33,680 bases of DNA, taken from IMG/VR virus record IMGVR_UViG_3300012933_000217, positions 1 through 33,680 of that record; one strand, written 5' to 3'. How positions within the stretch are numbered: the stretch's first letter is position 1; each line of letters opens with the position of its first letter. Source of the stretch: a virus (Duplodnaviria; Caudoviricetes). The position numbers were made by a program, and so were the translations under genes. Of this stretch, positions 31,353 through 33,680 are shown piece by piece. The notes below the pieces were generated by a model. It was not told where the DNA came from. It saw only the letters and a list, made by a program, of their open reading frames with translations, and ran no database searches.

Positions 31353-33203
31353 TTATCGCCAGCCGTTCACAAATCCAGCACTTGGCCGTTTCTTCAGCGG
31401 TTTGACGTCTTTTTTTACCTCGGCATCAGCCTGGCGCGTAAGCTCCACACGTTTTGCCATATTCGCCAAGTTTACATTCAACAAGGCCAGCGCGGCCATG
31501 CCGTACACCCTAACGTCCAACGCCTCGTTCCTTGCCCGCGATTTCACGAACTCACGCCGCGCAAACCCCTTGTGGTACCGCGTGGCGATCTTCTCGGCTG
31601 TCAGTTGCTTGTAATACTCATCCTCGCGGCCAACAGGGAAGTGGCAGTAACCAGGCCCTGGCTCGGCAATCCTAAAGCGCGAAAACAGCAGGTGCTTGGC
31701 CGTGTCAACGCCAACAGGGAACAGTTTGATCTTGCCGATGTTGTTCTTTGACGGCTTGCCCAACAGCGGCCTGCCTTCTCCGCCAACGCCCTTGATCGCA
31801 AATATCCGCTTGCCCTCACGCGGTGCCACGTATTTGTAAACCGCCTGTGTGTGGTGGCCGCCCGAGTCGATGCAGCTTGCCCGCACGATCATGTCGTTGC
31901 CAAACTCGTGCTCAAACGACTGGCCCAAGAACTCGTCCAGATCGCGCCAAACAACAGGCGATGACGGGTCGCCGTAGATCGTTTTGTACGCCACCGACCA
32001 CGATTCCTCGTCCTTGCCCCATCCGATGATCTCCGCCTCCAGCCGGTCATCCTGTACGTCCACGCCAGCGGTCAAAATCAGCACATCGGCAGGCAGCGCG
32101 TCGCCCCAATCCTCCGCGCGGTTGGACAGCTCGTAGTCGTCGACCTGCTCGCCTTGCTCCTCCCATGTCTCGCCGAGATAGGTGTTCACCCACACCTTGA
32201 GCGTTGCCGGTTGCTTCTTGGCCTCCAGAAAATCGCGCACGCCATCGGCCAGCGGCGTCCATGGCGAGTACATCGCCGACAGGTGAAAACCGGCCACGCC
32301 ATTGAACGGCGCAGTCGCAATCCACTCGCCGCCACGGATAGCCCGTATGCGCTCGGGCTCGTCCCAAAGCGAGCCGCAACTGGTGCAGGCATACCGCGCC
32401 GTTTCCGGCTTGTCCTGCTCCCACTTCACGTTTGACCACGCCATGACCTGCTGGTGGTCGCAGTGCGGGCAGTTCACATGGAATTTTCGTTTATCTGATT
32501 CATCGAATGACATTTCAATCCTGCTCGCCCCCTTGTTTGTCGGTGTCGACACTTGCACGATCTTGCGGTTCCAAAATGTTGTCGCCCGCTTCTTGGCTAG
32601 GCTTATCGGGTCGCCCTCCGAGCCAGCCGAGACAGGGTATCGGTCAACCTCGTCACACAAAACAACACGGATAGGCCGAGAAGCAAGAGAGGAAGGGCTA
32701 TTAGCGCCACAAGCAGTGATATGGCCACCAGGGAATACCTTGTGCAAAGTCGTATTGCCTGAATCGCGAGCTCGAGGGTCTTTAACAAGCCCGCTAAGAA
32801 CAGGACTATCACGCAACATAGGAGCAAGCCGGTCTTTTGACCAAGTCTGCGCCATATCGAGGGTTGGTTGCACCACGAGGATTGGGCTTGGGTCTTGCGA
32901 TACATGGAAGCCTACGATGTTGTTGATGATCTCAGTTTTTCCAACTTGCGCCGAGGTCATGACAATCACTTCTCTGACGTTGTGATTCGATACGGCGTCC
33001 ATAATCCCGCGCTGGTATTCCGCGCGCGCTGTATTCCATGAACCAGGCTCTGCCGACGACTCAGGGCTGAGTTTGCGGAACTCATCCGCCCACTCGCTGA
33101 CACTCAGCTTTGGCGGTGGTTTAAGTCTGTTCTGGAATTGCTCCTGAATCCTCTTCCTCAGATTCTCCAGTTGCATCAGTAAAACCGATTCCTCGAACTT
33201 CAT
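31353..33203 (-). CDS. terL: Terminase large subunit, lambda gpA family
   Basis: SEWAD, YQ..IMDA, Walker A SAQVGKTE, CDEVDRY, VSTPT, GVDVQDDRLE, DSGG, RNEALD. Confidence 0.95.
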   Translation of the reverse strand: MKFEESVLLMQLENLRKRIQEQFQNRLKPPPKLSVSEWADEFRKLSPESSAEPGSWNTARAEYQRGIMDAVSNHNVREVIVMTSAQVGKTEIINNIVGFHVSQDPSPILVVQPTLDMAQTWSKDRLAPMLRDSPVLSGLVKDPRARDSGNTTLHKVFPGGHITACGANSPSSLASRPIRVVLCDEVDRYPVSAGSEGDPISLAKKRATTFWNRKIVQVSTPTNKGASRIEMSFDESDKRKFHVNCPHCDHQQVMAWSNVKWEQDKPETARYACTSCGSLWDEPERIRAIRGGEWIATAPFNGVAGFHLSAMYSPWTPLADGVRDFLEAKKQPATLKVWVNTYLGETWEEQGEQVDDYELSNRAEDWGDALPADVLILTAGVDVQDDRLEAEIIGWGKDEESWSVAYKTIYGDPSSPVVWRDLDEFLGQSFEHEFGNDMIVRASCIDSGGHHTQAVYKYVAPREGKRIFAIKGVGGEGRPLLGKPSKNNIGKIKLFPVGVDTAKHLLFSRFRIAEPGPGYCHFPVGREDEYYKQLTAEKIATRYHKGFARREFVKSRARNEALDVRVYGMAALALLNVNLANMAKRVELTRQADAEVKKDVKPLKKRPSAGFVNGWR

Positions 33204-33645
33204 TTAGCGCCTCGTTTATTGATTCTTCCAAAATGGAACGAACTTCTTTTATGTCTTTTGCCGTAAAAATTTGAGCACTCAGCCTTGATGGCAATGACAG
33301 CATTTTTGCTTTGAAGTGACTTAACTGCTCCCCAATTTCATCCGCCACTTTGTCAATTTCAATGACTGCGCCTTGCTCTTTCAAAAGCTCAAGCTCTGCC
33401 AGCCCAGCCTCCGCCGCCATCTTTCTGCGCTTGCCTTCATCAAGGTCAATTAATGTTTGATTTCCCGCAACATTGGCAACTTGCCTTTTTTCCATCCACT
33501 CAATGACCTTCGCCGTGTCATAAAGCTGTCCTGCGCGGCCTCTTCCCCTCTGGTGAATCGGGAAATCATGCTGTTTCTGCATATCGGTCAGCCAGTTTTC
33601 TGACCTTCCAATAATTCCAGAAAGCTGTGTTTTGTTGACGATCAT
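33121..33645 (-). CDS. terS: Terminase small subunit, gpNu1-like
   Basis: VNKTQLSGIIG.S N-terminal HTH, YDTAKVIEW, coiled coil AEAGLAELEL. Overlaps the terL start. Confidence 0.88.
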   Translation of the reverse strand: MIVNKTQLSGIIGRSENWLTDMQKQHDFPIHQRGRGRAGQLYDTAKVIEWMEKRQVANVAGNQTLIDLDEGKRRKMAAEAGLAELELLKEQGAVIEIDKVADEIGEQLSHFKAKMLSLPSRLSAQIFTAKDIKEVRSILEESINEALNEVRGIGFTDATGESEEEDSGAIPEQT

Positions 33646-33680
33646 ATAACCTGAACTTATGAATAGGCGTGAATTAATAC

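Larger units (their letters stand above)
1..33680. mobile_element. Near-complete tailed dsDNA phage genome (siphovirus-like)
   Basis: Full set of packaging, head, tail, lysis, replication and recombination genes, with no host housekeeping genes. TerS starts 35 nt from the right end and the left end continues the same strand. Confidence 0.95.

Noticed and set aside
32302-32985. 227-aa plus-strand ORF opposite terL, and similar antisense ORFs elsewhere in the track
   Set aside because: Shadow ORFs expected at this GC content; no supporting signals.

Overview
The window is almost certainly a near-complete (~33.7 kb) tailed dsDNA phage genome of siphovirus type, probably infecting a Gram-negative proteobacterium (host is inference). 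It seems to be opened close to the packaging (cos) site. Left arm, minus strand: Cro-like HTH, C5 DNA methyltransferase, SF2 helicase, VRR-NUC nuclease, Toprim/VirE primase-helicase, an iteron-rich putative origin, a small winged-helix-like gene, a gpZ-like gene and an HNH nuclease. Middle, plus strand: about 25 tightly coupled early genes including a YqaJ exonuclease, RecT and an Xis-like HTH, ending in a second HNH. Right arm, minus strand: lambda-type TerS/TerL/gpW/portal, a three-part fusion (unknown domain + protease + major capsid), neck and tail genes with a -1 frameshift, tape measure, tail tip, fibre, and a membrane-protein-rich lysis cassette with an M15 endolysin. No integrase, CI repressor, tRNA or CRISPR array was seen. 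Top observations: (1) two sequence-divergent copies of the same three-way-junction leader RNA, ahead of the primase and the second HNH, each with a loop complementary to two downstream sites, one at the RBS; (2) a nested alternative-frame ORF in the methyltransferase resembling the M.EcoHK31I beta polypeptide; (3) a stand-alone paralog of the primase C-terminal domain next to TGACAC iterons that overlap its own promoter. All family assignments come from motif recognition by eye; no searches were run.
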